NCBI GenBank assembly: GCA_043809315.1
Contig: JAZDDX010000042.1
Location: 1-30,904 of the forward strand
Source: Pseudomonadota bacterium
GTDB lineage: Bacteria > Bdellovibrionota_G > JALEGL01 > DATDPG01
Direction of reading: 5' to 3'
Length of the DNA: 30,904 nucleotides
Part shown: piece by piece, positions 9,553 through 17,410 of the stretch
Numbering within the stretch: position 1 is the first letter of the stretch
How the letters are laid out: each line of letters begins with the position of its first letter
Notes under the pieces: model-generated
What the model saw: the letters and a program-made list of their open reading frames with translations, nothing else
Database searches by the model: none
What the model was told of the DNA's origin: nothing
Translations under genes and position numbers: made by a program

Positions 9553-10683
9553 GTGGCCGACGGCGTCACCATCCAGCCTGTTTCGAGATCGGCGGAGGTC
9601 GAGGAGTTCATCCGGTTTCCGTTCGCACTTTATCGGGACTATCCCCACTGGGTTCCGCCGCTTTTTAGCGAGCGTCGGGCGTTTCTCGATCCGAAGAAAA
9701 ATCCGGTCTTCGAGTACGCGCGGATCCAGCTGTTCCTTGCTCGGCGGAACGGGAAGACGGTCGGGACGATCGCGGCGATCCGGAACGATCGGTACGGCGA
9801 GTTCCATCCCGAAGATCGTGATGTCGGCTTTTTTGGTCTCTACGAAGCGGAGAACGATCCGGCGGTTTCGCGAGCGTTGTTCGATGCCGCGGCAAACTGG
9901 CTCCGTGGCGAGGGGCGGGCGAGGATGCGCGGCCCGACCAACTTCACGACGAACGACGTCGTGGGGGCTCTGATCGAAGGGTACGACGACGACCCGGTCG
10001 TGATGATGCCGTACAACCCCGCGTACTACGCGACCCAGTTCGAAGCGTGTGGATTCCGGAAGGCGAAAGATCTCTATGCGTTGGAAGTGATGTCGGACGG
10101 GTCCTTTCGCCAGCTCGATGCCGCTGTGGCGAAGCTGAAGGAGCGGGGGACCTGTGTCCTACGCCCGATTGATCTCCGGAAATGGAACGAAGAATTAGAG
10201 TTCGTGCGGCGCTGCTACAACGAATCGTGGGCGAAGAACTGGGGGTTCGTCCCTTGGACCGATCGCGAACTTGTGGCGATCGCCAAGGAACTCAAGCCTC
10301 TGGTCGATCCGTGCTTCGCGTATGTCGGCGAGGTCGACGGAGAACCGGTCGGGATCTCGATCGCCATACCGGATGCCAACGAGGCTTTGAAGCTCGCGAA
10401 GGGGAAGCTCTTTCCGACCGGTCTCCTACGGATCCTCTGGAAGATCAAGGTTCAAAGATGCGATCGCGTCCGCGTGATGGCGCTCGGAATCCTCCCCAAG
10501 TACCGGCGTCTGGGGCTGCACGCTCTTTTCATCCATCGAACCATCGAGAACGGGAGACGGCTCGGGTACAGAGGAGCGGAAGTGGGTTGGATCCTGGAGG
10601 ACAACGAGGCGATGTTGCGAGCGCTCCGGGACGTGAACGCCCGGCGGACGAAAGTGTTCCGCGTCTACGAGCGGGGAATCTGA
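9553..10683 (+). CDS. cerS: Bacterial ceramide synthase-like GNAT N-acyltransferase (bCerS)
   Basis: Signature pattern FIRFP..LY..YPHWVPPL..E...L.PKKNPVFE, GFFGLYE, RGPTNF..N...GALIEG, MMPYNPAYY, KAKDL, W..NWGFVP and GWILEDN..M. Starts 5 bp after spt. Confidence 0.8.
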   Translation: MADGVTIQPVSRSAEVEEFIRFPFALYRDYPHWVPPLFSERRAFLDPKKNPVFEYARIQLFLARRNGKTVGTIAAIRNDRYGEFHPEDRDVGFFGLYEAENDPAVSRALFDAAANWLRGEGRARMRGPTNFTTNDVVGALIEGYDDDPVVMMPYNPAYYATQFEACGFRKAKDLYALEVMSDGSFRQLDAAVAKLKERGTCVLRPIDLRKWNEELEFVRRCYNESWAKNWGFVPWTDRELVAIAKELKPLVDPCFAYVGEVDGEPVGISIAIPDANEALKLAKGKLFPTGLLRILWKIKVQRCDRVRVMALGILPKYRRLGLHALFIHRTIENGRRLGYRGAEVGWILEDNEAMLRALRDVNARRTKVFRVYERGI

Positions 10684-10686
10684 GCG

Positions 10687-11667
10687 GTGAAGACGCTCGT
10701 CACGGGAGGGCACGGCTTCATCGGCTCCCATCTGTGCGAGCGCTTGATCACGTCCGGGTCGAGCGTCCGGATTCTGGCGCGACCGGAAAGCCCTCTCCAA
10801 AACCTCACCGGAATCGACGTCGAAGTCGTTCGCGGCGATCTCAATCAACCGGAGACCCTCCAAGCAGCGGTTGCGGGCTGCACGAGGATTTATCATCTGG
10901 CCGGTGCGCTCAAAGGGCTTCACCGCGACGATCTCTTCCGCGTGAATGCCGAGGGGACGCGCAATCTCGCGGAAGCCGCGGCTCGGTATGCGCCTTCGCT
11001 CGAACGGTTCGTCTACGTCTCGAGCCTTGCAGCCGCCGGCCCGAGTCCGGGGGGATCGGTTCCAGTCACGGAGGAGGCATCACCCAGACCGGTCAGCTGG
11101 TATGGCGAGAGCAAGCTGGCCGGCGAGGAGGTGGTTCGCTCTTTCAAGAATCTTCCGTGGACGATCGTCCGTCCGCCGGTTGTTTTCGGTCCGAGGGAAA
11201 AGGATCTCTACACGTACTTTCGGATCGCCCGGCGCGGATGGCTTCCGGTGTTGGGCCGGCGCGAGCGTCACTACTCGTTGATCTTTGGTCCGGATCTCGC
11301 CGACGGGATCGTTCGCGCGGCGGAAACGCCGAAGGCGCAAGGCCAGATCTACTTCATTTCGGGACCCGAGGCAGTCGGTTGGGGGGAACTCGGGATGAGA
11401 ATCGCCGAGGCACTCGGCGTGCGGGGGCGGGTTCTCCGAATTCCCGATTTTGCCGGTCGACTGGCCGGGGTTGTTGCAGATGTCGTTGCCCGCGGGAAGG
11501 GGAGGGCGGAGATTTTCGGGGGGCAGAAGGTGATCGAAATGCTCGCCCCCGCCTGGGTCTGCAGTCCGGAAAAAGCGGAACGGGATCTCGGGTGGAAGAG
11601 CGCCACCCCCCTTTCCGAAGCACTCTGCCGGACCGTCGCTTGGTATCGAGCGCATGGCTGGCTCTGA
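10687..11667 (+). CDS. Extended SDR / NAD-dependent epimerase-dehydratase family; probable 3-keto-ceramide reductase (CerR-like)
   Basis: Rossmann motif TGGHGFIG, YVSSLAA, catalytic YGESK (YxxxK) and RPPVVFGP. Starts 3 bp after cerS. The reductase role is inferred from context. Confidence 0.7.
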   Translation: MKTLVTGGHGFIGSHLCERLITSGSSVRILARPESPLQNLTGIDVEVVRGDLNQPETLQAAVAGCTRIYHLAGALKGLHRDDLFRVNAEGTRNLAEAAARYAPSLERFVYVSSLAAAGPSPGGSVPVTEEASPRPVSWYGESKLAGEEVVRSFKNLPWTIVRPPVVFGPREKDLYTYFRIARRGWLPVLGRRERHYSLIFGPDLADGIVRAAETPKAQGQIYFISGPEAVGWGELGMRIAEALGVRGRVLRIPDFAGRLAGVVADVVARGKGRAEIFGGQKVIEMLAPAWVCSPEKAERDLGWKSATPLSEALCRTVAWYRAHGWL

Positions 11668-12517
11668 ACCGCTTGGGCTCTGGCGCGAGCCGGACCGACT
11701 TGTAGTCGCGTACGCGATCGGCACATCGGTGCCACTTTCGTTGGGCGCAATTGCGGGGGCCCAGGGTTGCGCGCTTCAGGTTCTACTGAATGTCTTGGTG
11801 GTCGGAGGCGTTGCTTGTTTGTGTTGGGCTTCGCAACGGACGACGAACAAAGCTCTAAGATTTCTCCGCTTGATGCATGCGCCGCTGCTGTTTCTATTCT
11901 TTTATCGCCAGACGGCGACGATCTGGCCGGTTCTCTATCAGGGATCGTTCGACGCTCCGATCGCGGCGATCGATCAGGCGATCTTCGGCTTTCAGCCTTC
12001 TCTCTCGCTGGCTCCGGCTGTTCCCTCGGCGGTGGCGGGGGAGATCTTCTCGTTCGCCTACTTCGCTTACTACTGTTTCACCCCAGTCCTTTTGCTTACG
12101 GTTCTCTTCACTCGGGGATACGAGCAGGCGGAACGAATTATTGTTCTGACCGCTCGCTGTTTCTTCGCCTGCTATGCGATCTTCTGGATCTTCCCGGTAG
12201 TCGGGCCGTTCTATTGGTTTTCTCCGGGAACGGGGCCCGCGCTGGCCCCGGGTCTTTTCTTCAACCAGATCCTCTATTTCTTCACCGGGAACGTCGAGGT
12301 CCCGACGGGGGCGTTCCCGTCTTCCCACCTTGCCGTGGCCGTGGTTCAGACTTTCTGCGCCCGGCAGTTCGCCCCGCGCCTCTTTCCGGCGATGCTCACG
12401 ATCACGCTTCTGATGGTTCCAGCGGTTCTCTATCTCCGGGCGCACTATGCCGTTGACGTGGTCGCCGGCGTGCTGGTCGGTCTTTTGTTTCTTGTCAGTA
12501 CGATTCACCGTCGATGA
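11654..12517 (+). CDS. PAP2-superfamily integral membrane phosphotransferase, AUR1/inositol-phosphorylceramide-synthase-like
   Basis: Multi-TM protein with FPVVGPFY, GAFPSSH and YLRAHYAVDVVAG, resembling AUR1 conserved motifs. Start overlaps the upstream SDR gene by 14 nt. Confidence 0.72.
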   Translation: MAGSEPLGLWREPDRLVVAYAIGTSVPLSLGAIAGAQGCALQVLLNVLVVGGVACLCWASQRTTNKALRFLRLMHAPLLFLFFYRQTATIWPVLYQGSFDAPIAAIDQAIFGFQPSLSLAPAVPSAVAGEIFSFAYFAYYCFTPVLLLTVLFTRGYEQAERIIVLTARCFFACYAIFWIFPVVGPFYWFSPGTGPALAPGLFFNQILYFFTGNVEVPTGAFPSSHLAVAVVQTFCARQFAPRLFPAMLTITLLMVPAVLYLRAHYAVDVVAGVLVGLLFLVSTIHRR

Positions 12518-13520
12518 GGTCGGCGAGACGCGTCTTGGTCGAGAACTTCACGTGTACCCAGGTCTGGTACGCGATGACGGCCGGTATCGTGATCAATGCC
12601 ACAGCGAGCATGATCTTCAGGGTCAGCGGACTCGACGACGTGTTGAACGCGGTCCGGCTTGCTACGGGATCGAGGCTCGACGGAAGAAGGTTCGGGTAGA
12701 TCCCCGCGACGCCGAAGAGGGTCGTGCTCAGGATCGTCACGGCCGATGCCGCGAACGACGGCCAGAGCGACTCCCGGTCGGCTTTCATCCGGATTTGAAT
12801 CAAACCGACCACGGCCGCCAGCGGGATCACGAACAGCCACGGATGGCGGAAATAGTTCTCGTAGAGAGGGGTCGCAAAATAGGTGGCGATCAGGAAATAA
12901 ATCGCCACTCCGAGAAGGATCGGCCAGAGCACCCGCATCGCCTTTCGCGCGCGCCGGTGGATCGACCCTTCCGACATGATTCCGAGCATAAGCGAACCGT
13001 GAACGAGAAAGAGAAGAACGAACAGCACCCCTCCGACCAAACCGTAGGGGTTCAAGAGCGTGAGGAGATTTCCGTGCAGCATTCCGTCCCGATCGAGGGG
13101 CAGCCCCGCGAAGATGTTCGCGAAGGCGACGCCAAACAGCAACGCGGGAATGAAACTCCCGATCGTCAGACAGGTGTCCCAGAGTTTGATCCACGAGGGG
13201 TGGTCCACTTTGCCCCGGAACTCGAACGAGATGCCGCGAAAGATCAGCGCGAAGAGGATCAGCATGAGGGGCGTGTAGAGCGAGCTGAACATCGTCGCAT
13301 ACGTCCCCGGAAATGCCGCGAACGTGACGCCGCCGGCGGTGATGAGCCAGACCTCGTTCCCGTCCCAGAACGGCCCCATCGCGTTGATCATCACTCGGCG
13401 CTCGTCGTGATCCTTTCCCAGGAACGGGAGGAGCATCCCGATTCCGAGGTCGTATCCGTCGAGAGCGAAGTAGATCGCCCAGAGAAGACCCCAAAGAACG
13501 AACCAGATGGTTTCCAGCAT
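12495..13520 (-). CDS. cydB: Cytochrome bd quinol oxidase subunit II
   Basis: Motifs LDGYDLGIG, GPFWDGNEVWLITAGG..FAAFP and RGISFEFR. Confidence 0.95.
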   Translation of the reverse strand: MLETIWFVLWGLLWAIYFALDGYDLGIGMLLPFLGKDHDERRVMINAMGPFWDGNEVWLITAGGVTFAAFPGTYATMFSSLYTPLMLILFALIFRGISFEFRGKVDHPSWIKLWDTCLTIGSFIPALLFGVAFANIFAGLPLDRDGMLHGNLLTLLNPYGLVGGVLFVLLFLVHGSLMLGIMSEGSIHRRARKAMRVLWPILLGVAIYFLIATYFATPLYENYFRHPWLFVIPLAAVVGLIQIRMKADRESLWPSFAASAVTILSTTLFGVAGIYPNLLPSSLDPVASRTAFNTSSSPLTLKIMLAVALITIPAVIAYQTWVHVKFSTKTRLADLIDGESY

Positions 13521-13533
13521 GACGTGATCCCCC

Positions 13534-14853
13534 TTATTCCGAAGCCGGCCCCTTGCGGGCGTATTTGGCCAGGAGATAGAAATCGATGATTCCCAAGAGC
13601 GCGTAGACGACGACGAACGCCCCGAGCGAAACGGCCACCTGCGAGGCCGAGATGTTGGTCGATACCGCGTCTTTCGTCTTCATCAGCCCGTACACGATCC
13701 AGGGTTGCCGGCCCACTTCCGTCAGGACCCATCCGAGTTCGATCGCGAGGTACGGAAGGGGGATGGCAAAAACCATGATCCGAAGGAATCGACGGTTTCC
13801 GTCGAGGTCGGCGAGGATCCGGTTCCGCCGAAGGAAGCCGTAGAGGGTCAGGACCAGGAAGAGCGTTCCGAGTCCGACCATCATCCGGAAGCTCAAGAAC
13901 GATACGAGAACCGGGGGACGGTCTTCCTTCGGCCAGGTTTTGAGCCCCTTCACCTCGGAGGAAGGATCGTAGTTCGCGAGAATGCTCAGCATTCCCGGAA
14001 TCGGGAACGCCTCGATCGCGTTCCGTTCGTTCTTCGTGTCGGGCCAGCGGAGAAGATAGAGAGGAACCGATTTCCCGGTCTCCCATTGGCTCTCGGCAGC
14101 AGCCAGTTTCGCCGGTTGCAACTTCGCGAGGTTTTCCGCGCTCATGTGTCCCTGAAAGGCCACGAAGAAGCTTGCCAGGAACGAAAAGAGGATTCCGAGC
14201 CGGAAGGAGCGACTGAAGAACTCGACGTGTTGTTTGCGGAGAAGGTGCCAGGCGGAGATCCCGACCATGAAAAATCCGGCCAACGTGTATGCGCCGCCGA
14301 TCGTGTGGAAGAATTCCAGAAAAGCCCATCGCTGCGTGATGACGTCAAGGAAGTTCACGAGTTCGGCGCGCCCGTTCCGGATCTCGTAGCCGACCGGGTG
14401 TTGCATCCAGGCGTTGGCGGCGAGGATCCAGAAGGCTGAAAGATTCGACGCGATCGCCACAATCCAGATCGCGGCACAGTGGAGCTTGGGAGAGATTTTC
14501 TTCCAGCCGAAAATCCAGACTCCGAGGAAGGTCGACTCCAGGAAGAACGCAACGGTCGCTTCGACCGCCAGGAGCGAGCCGAAAATGTCGCCGACATAGG
14601 CTGAATAGCGGGCCCAGTTCGTTCCGAACTGGAATTCCAGCGTGATCCCGGTCACAACCCCGAGGGCGAAATTGATCAGGAAGAGCTTTCCCCAGAACTT
14701 CGCCATTCGGAGATAGATTTCGTCGTGGGTCTTGACCCAGTAAGTCTCGGCGATCGCGACGAGAACGGAAAGACCGAGGGTCAGCGGAACAAAGAGAAAG
14801 TGAAACAGAGTTGTTGCGGCGAATTGGGCGCGCGATAACTCGAGGATCCCCAT
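13534..14853 (-). CDS. cydA: Cytochrome bd quinol oxidase subunit I (short Q-loop type)
   Basis: Motifs FHFLFVPLTLG, FALGVVTGITLEFQFGTNW, FFLESTF, ANAWMQHP, QPAKLAAAE, FRMMVG and EVGRQPW. 439 aa. Confidence 0.96.
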   Translation of the reverse strand: MGILELSRAQFAATTLFHFLFVPLTLGLSVLVAIAETYWVKTHDEIYLRMAKFWGKLFLINFALGVVTGITLEFQFGTNWARYSAYVGDIFGSLLAVEATVAFFLESTFLGVWIFGWKKISPKLHCAAIWIVAIASNLSAFWILAANAWMQHPVGYEIRNGRAELVNFLDVITQRWAFLEFFHTIGGAYTLAGFFMVGISAWHLLRKQHVEFFSRSFRLGILFSFLASFFVAFQGHMSAENLAKLQPAKLAAAESQWETGKSVPLYLLRWPDTKNERNAIEAFPIPGMLSILANYDPSSEVKGLKTWPKEDRPPVLVSFLSFRMMVGLGTLFLVLTLYGFLRRNRILADLDGNRRFLRIMVFAIPLPYLAIELGWVLTEVGRQPWIVYGLMKTKDAVSTNISASQVAVSLGAFVVVYALLGIIDFYLLAKYARKGPASE

Positions 14854-14862
14854 GGCGAGCGG

Positions 14863-14890
14863 ATCATAAGCGACGTTTCGGGAAAGGCAA
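14863..14890 (-). promoter_or_regulatory. Putative sigma70 promoter of cydAB
   Basis: Minus strand reads TTGCCT-N16-TATGAT, ending 9 nt before the cydA ATG. No SD in between. Confidence 0.45.
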
Positions 14891-14899
14891 AAAGCGAGA

Positions 14900-15469
14900 T
14901 TACGGGGCGCGCCGCATCCGGAGCTTCGCGCTCGTTCCGTTCCCGGCCAGTTTGAAACCGGCTTTTTGGAACATCGGGAGGGTCCCGGTCCATGCGAAAG
15001 CCGCCGGGATGGAGCCGCCGGACTTGTACGGCTTGATCGGATACCCTTCGACGATCTTTGCGCCGTGTCGTTTCAGGCACCTCAGCGCGAACCGGAGCAG
15101 CTCGGAACCGACTCCCTGGTTGCGGAAGCCGTTCCGGATGAAGAAACAGGGGATCGACCAGACCCGATCGGCGTCGTCACAGGCGAGGCTCGGCGCCCGG
15201 TCGAGGCGCGCATAGTCACGACGCCGGTCGAAGGAAACCCAGCCGACCGGTTCCTCCTCGGCGTAGGCGATCGCCCCGTGAGCTTTGTTCGAGAGCACCA
15301 ATTTTTTAAAGCTTCGTTGATTGATCTCTCCTTTGACGTCGGCCCACTTCTCCCCCTTCGGGAGACGCCACGACATGCACGAGCATCCTCCGCAGGCCCC
15401 CCGAGGCCCGAAGAGCTTCTCGAGATCGTTCCAGAGAGAAGGGGAGAGTTCCTTGAGGAGGAGTTTCAC
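14900..15469 (-). CDS. GNAT-family N-acetyltransferase
   Basis: N-terminal CGGCSCMSWR, EEPVGWVSF, WSIPCFFI, acetyl-CoA motif RNQGVGSELL, VEGYP and F.KAGF. Confidence 0.85.
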   Translation of the reverse strand: MKLLLKELSPSLWNDLEKLFGPRGACGGCSCMSWRLPKGEKWADVKGEINQRSFKKLVLSNKAHGAIAYAEEEPVGWVSFDRRRDYARLDRAPSLACDDADRVWSIPCFFIRNGFRNQGVGSELLRFALRCLKRHGAKIVEGYPIKPYKSGGSIPAAFAWTGTLPMFQKAGFKLAGNGTSAKLRMRRAP

Positions 15470-15472
15470 CGA

Positions 15473-15889
15473 TCAACCGCGAAGTTGGCCGCGTGTCGGA
15501 GGCTTGGTCCCTTTCTTGTCATCGGTCGTGGCTCCGACCGCCTCGACTTTCTGAGACATGTTCTGGGAAACATAATCGCGCAGAACGCGTGCGGCGCCGG
15601 GGGCCACATCGCAAAACGCCACGCCGCATCCGATCGCCCCTTTGGTCGACGTGTAGTTGGACCAGGTGACCTTCCCCTGGACCATGCACGGTTTCTCTTG
15701 TCCCCGAATCGCTAGGCTCAAGAAGAGGATAACCTCTTGTCCGTCGATGAGCTTTTCTCTCGTTTCGAGAAAAGCCCCTCCTTCACTCAAGTTCAGGACA
15801 CGTCCCTCGAACATCAAGCGTCGAACTTGCTTTGCCGTCGTTTTAAGGTTCGTTTTGATCCTGGGACGTCTCTGCATTTGCATCATCAT
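15473..15889 (-). CDS. Single-domain PilZ (c-di-GMP-binding) protein
   Basis: QRRPR (RxxxR-like) and NLSEGG (D/NxSxGG) motifs, plus GKVTW and GCGVAF. Confidence 0.82.
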   Translation of the reverse strand: MMMQMQRRPRIKTNLKTTAKQVRRLMFEGRVLNLSEGGAFLETREKLIDGQEVILFLSLAIRGQEKPCMVQGKVTWSNYTSTKGAIGCGVAFCDVAPGAARVLRDYVSQNMSQKVEAVGATTDDKKGTKPPTRGQLRG

Positions 15890-16010
15890 TCGGAGTTCCG
15901 AGCCGTAGTCAGTCCTACACCGGAGTCAGGGAGGTTGTCTATGCGGGAAAACGGCTGACCGATTGCCGAATGTTCTCGCTTCGGGAAACCCGCTTCGATA
16001 GGAAAGACAG

Positions 16011-16502
16011 GTGATCTCGCGGTGTGGAGTCGGTCGACGTTTCGCCGGTTTGCTGGTGGCCGCACTCCTCCTTGTGGCCCCCACTTTGGTGCGAGCTTCC
16101 GAGCCCGGGCCCATGACGACGTGGAAGGTTTCGTGGGGAATTGCCATGGGTGCCATCACCGCGGGGGAACTTGTCCCGCTCGTTTTTATCGACAATCCGA
16201 AAGACCGCGTGGACTACTATTTCGGAGCCAGTGCGTCCGCCATCGGGCTGGTCGGCTTCATCCTCCAACCGAGCACCTTGCCCGACACGAAAAGCGGCGA
16301 TCTCTTCTCCCATACCGTAAACCTTCTATTCAACCTCGCCGCCGGCCTTCCGTTGGGTCTCTACTATCACCGCTGGACCTCTGCCTGGGTCTCGATCCTT
16401 GGAGGAACGGCGATCGGGGAAGGGGTGATCTTGAGCCGCCCGGGGGTCTCCCCGATGGTCACGCCCGGGGGGGGCGGACTGGCTGTCTCTTGGTCTTGGT
16501 GA
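16011..16502 (+). CDS. Hypothetical exported/membrane protein
   Basis: Signal-peptide-like N-terminus (..APTLVRA), several hydrophobic segments and C-terminal VSPMVTPGGGGLAVSWSW. Fills the gap before arsM on the same strand. Confidence 0.55.
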   Translation: MISRCGVGRRFAGLLVAALLLVAPTLVRASEPGPMTTWKVSWGIAMGAITAGELVPLVFIDNPKDRVDYYFGASASAIGLVGFILQPSTLPDTKSGDLFSHTVNLLFNLAAGLPLGLYYHRWTSAWVSILGGTAIGEGVILSRPGVSPMVTPGGGGLAVSWSW

Positions 16503-16535
16503 TAAGAGCGATTTCTTGAGGAGAAGGAGCAGAAG

Positions 16536-17336
16536 ATGACGATCGATCGGGACCAGGTGCGGAAGAATGTCCGCGAGGATTACACGAAGGCACTCAAGAA
16601 GCCGGGATGCGGCTGTTGCGGCGGGGAGGTGATCCCGAAAGGAGTGGCGGCGAAGAGTTCTGGGTACTCGTCGACCGAACTTACGTCCCTTCCGACGGAT
16701 GCGGTTGAGAACTCGTTCGGATGCGGAAATCCCCTAGCGATGACGGAAGTTCGGCCGGGAGAGATCGTTTTGGACCTCGGATCGGGGGCCGGGATCGATC
16801 TCCTCCTGGCATCCCAGAAGGTGGGTCCTACGGGGCGCGTGATCGGGGTCGACATGACCGACGCGATGATCGAGCGGGCGCGCAAGAACGTCGCGGAAGC
16901 CGGAGCGACGAACGTCGAGGTCCGGAAGGGGATCATCGAGAATCTTCCTGTCGAGTCCGGAACCGTCGATTGGGTGATCTCGAACTGCGTAATCAACCTC
17001 TCCCCGGAAAAGGGGAGGGTCTTCGCGGAGATCGCCCGGGTCTTGAAGCCGGGGGGGGCGATGCTCGTCTCCGACATCGTGGCGGAAGAGATGCCCCGCG
17101 AGCTTCTCGAGGAGCGCCAGGTCTACTCCGCCTGTCTCGCCGGCGCGATCAGCGAGCATGATTATATCGCCGGGCTTAAGAACGCCGGGCTGACGGAGGT
17201 GAAGGTCCGGGATCGGCTGGTCTACGGCTCTTCGCAGCTACGCGAACTTCTCGAGTCGGAACTCGCTCCCGAGCTGACGGAACAGCTCGCCGGAAAAGTG
17301 GCGAGCGTCCGGGTTTTCGCTCGGAAACCCGGATAG
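16536..17336 (+). CDS. arsM: Arsenite S-adenosylmethionine methyltransferase
   Basis: Motifs CGCC, SFGCGNP, LDLGSGAGID, IGVDMT..M, ISNCVINLSP.K and SACLAGA. AAGGAG SD upstream. Confidence 0.88.
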   Translation: MTIDRDQVRKNVREDYTKALKKPGCGCCGGEVIPKGVAAKSSGYSSTELTSLPTDAVENSFGCGNPLAMTEVRPGEIVLDLGSGAGIDLLLASQKVGPTGRVIGVDMTDAMIERARKNVAEAGATNVEVRKGIIENLPVESGTVDWVISNCVINLSPEKGRVFAEIARVLKPGGAMLVSDIVAEEMPRELLEERQVYSACLAGAISEHDYIAGLKNAGLTEVKVRDRLVYGSSQLRELLESELAPELTEQLAGKVASVRVFARKPG

Positions 17337-17410
17337 ATCTCCCGATCGAAACGGAAGATGCCAAAAGGCCCGGGAGCGGGTATTTCTACCGGGTCGAAAA
17401 GGAGCTCCCG

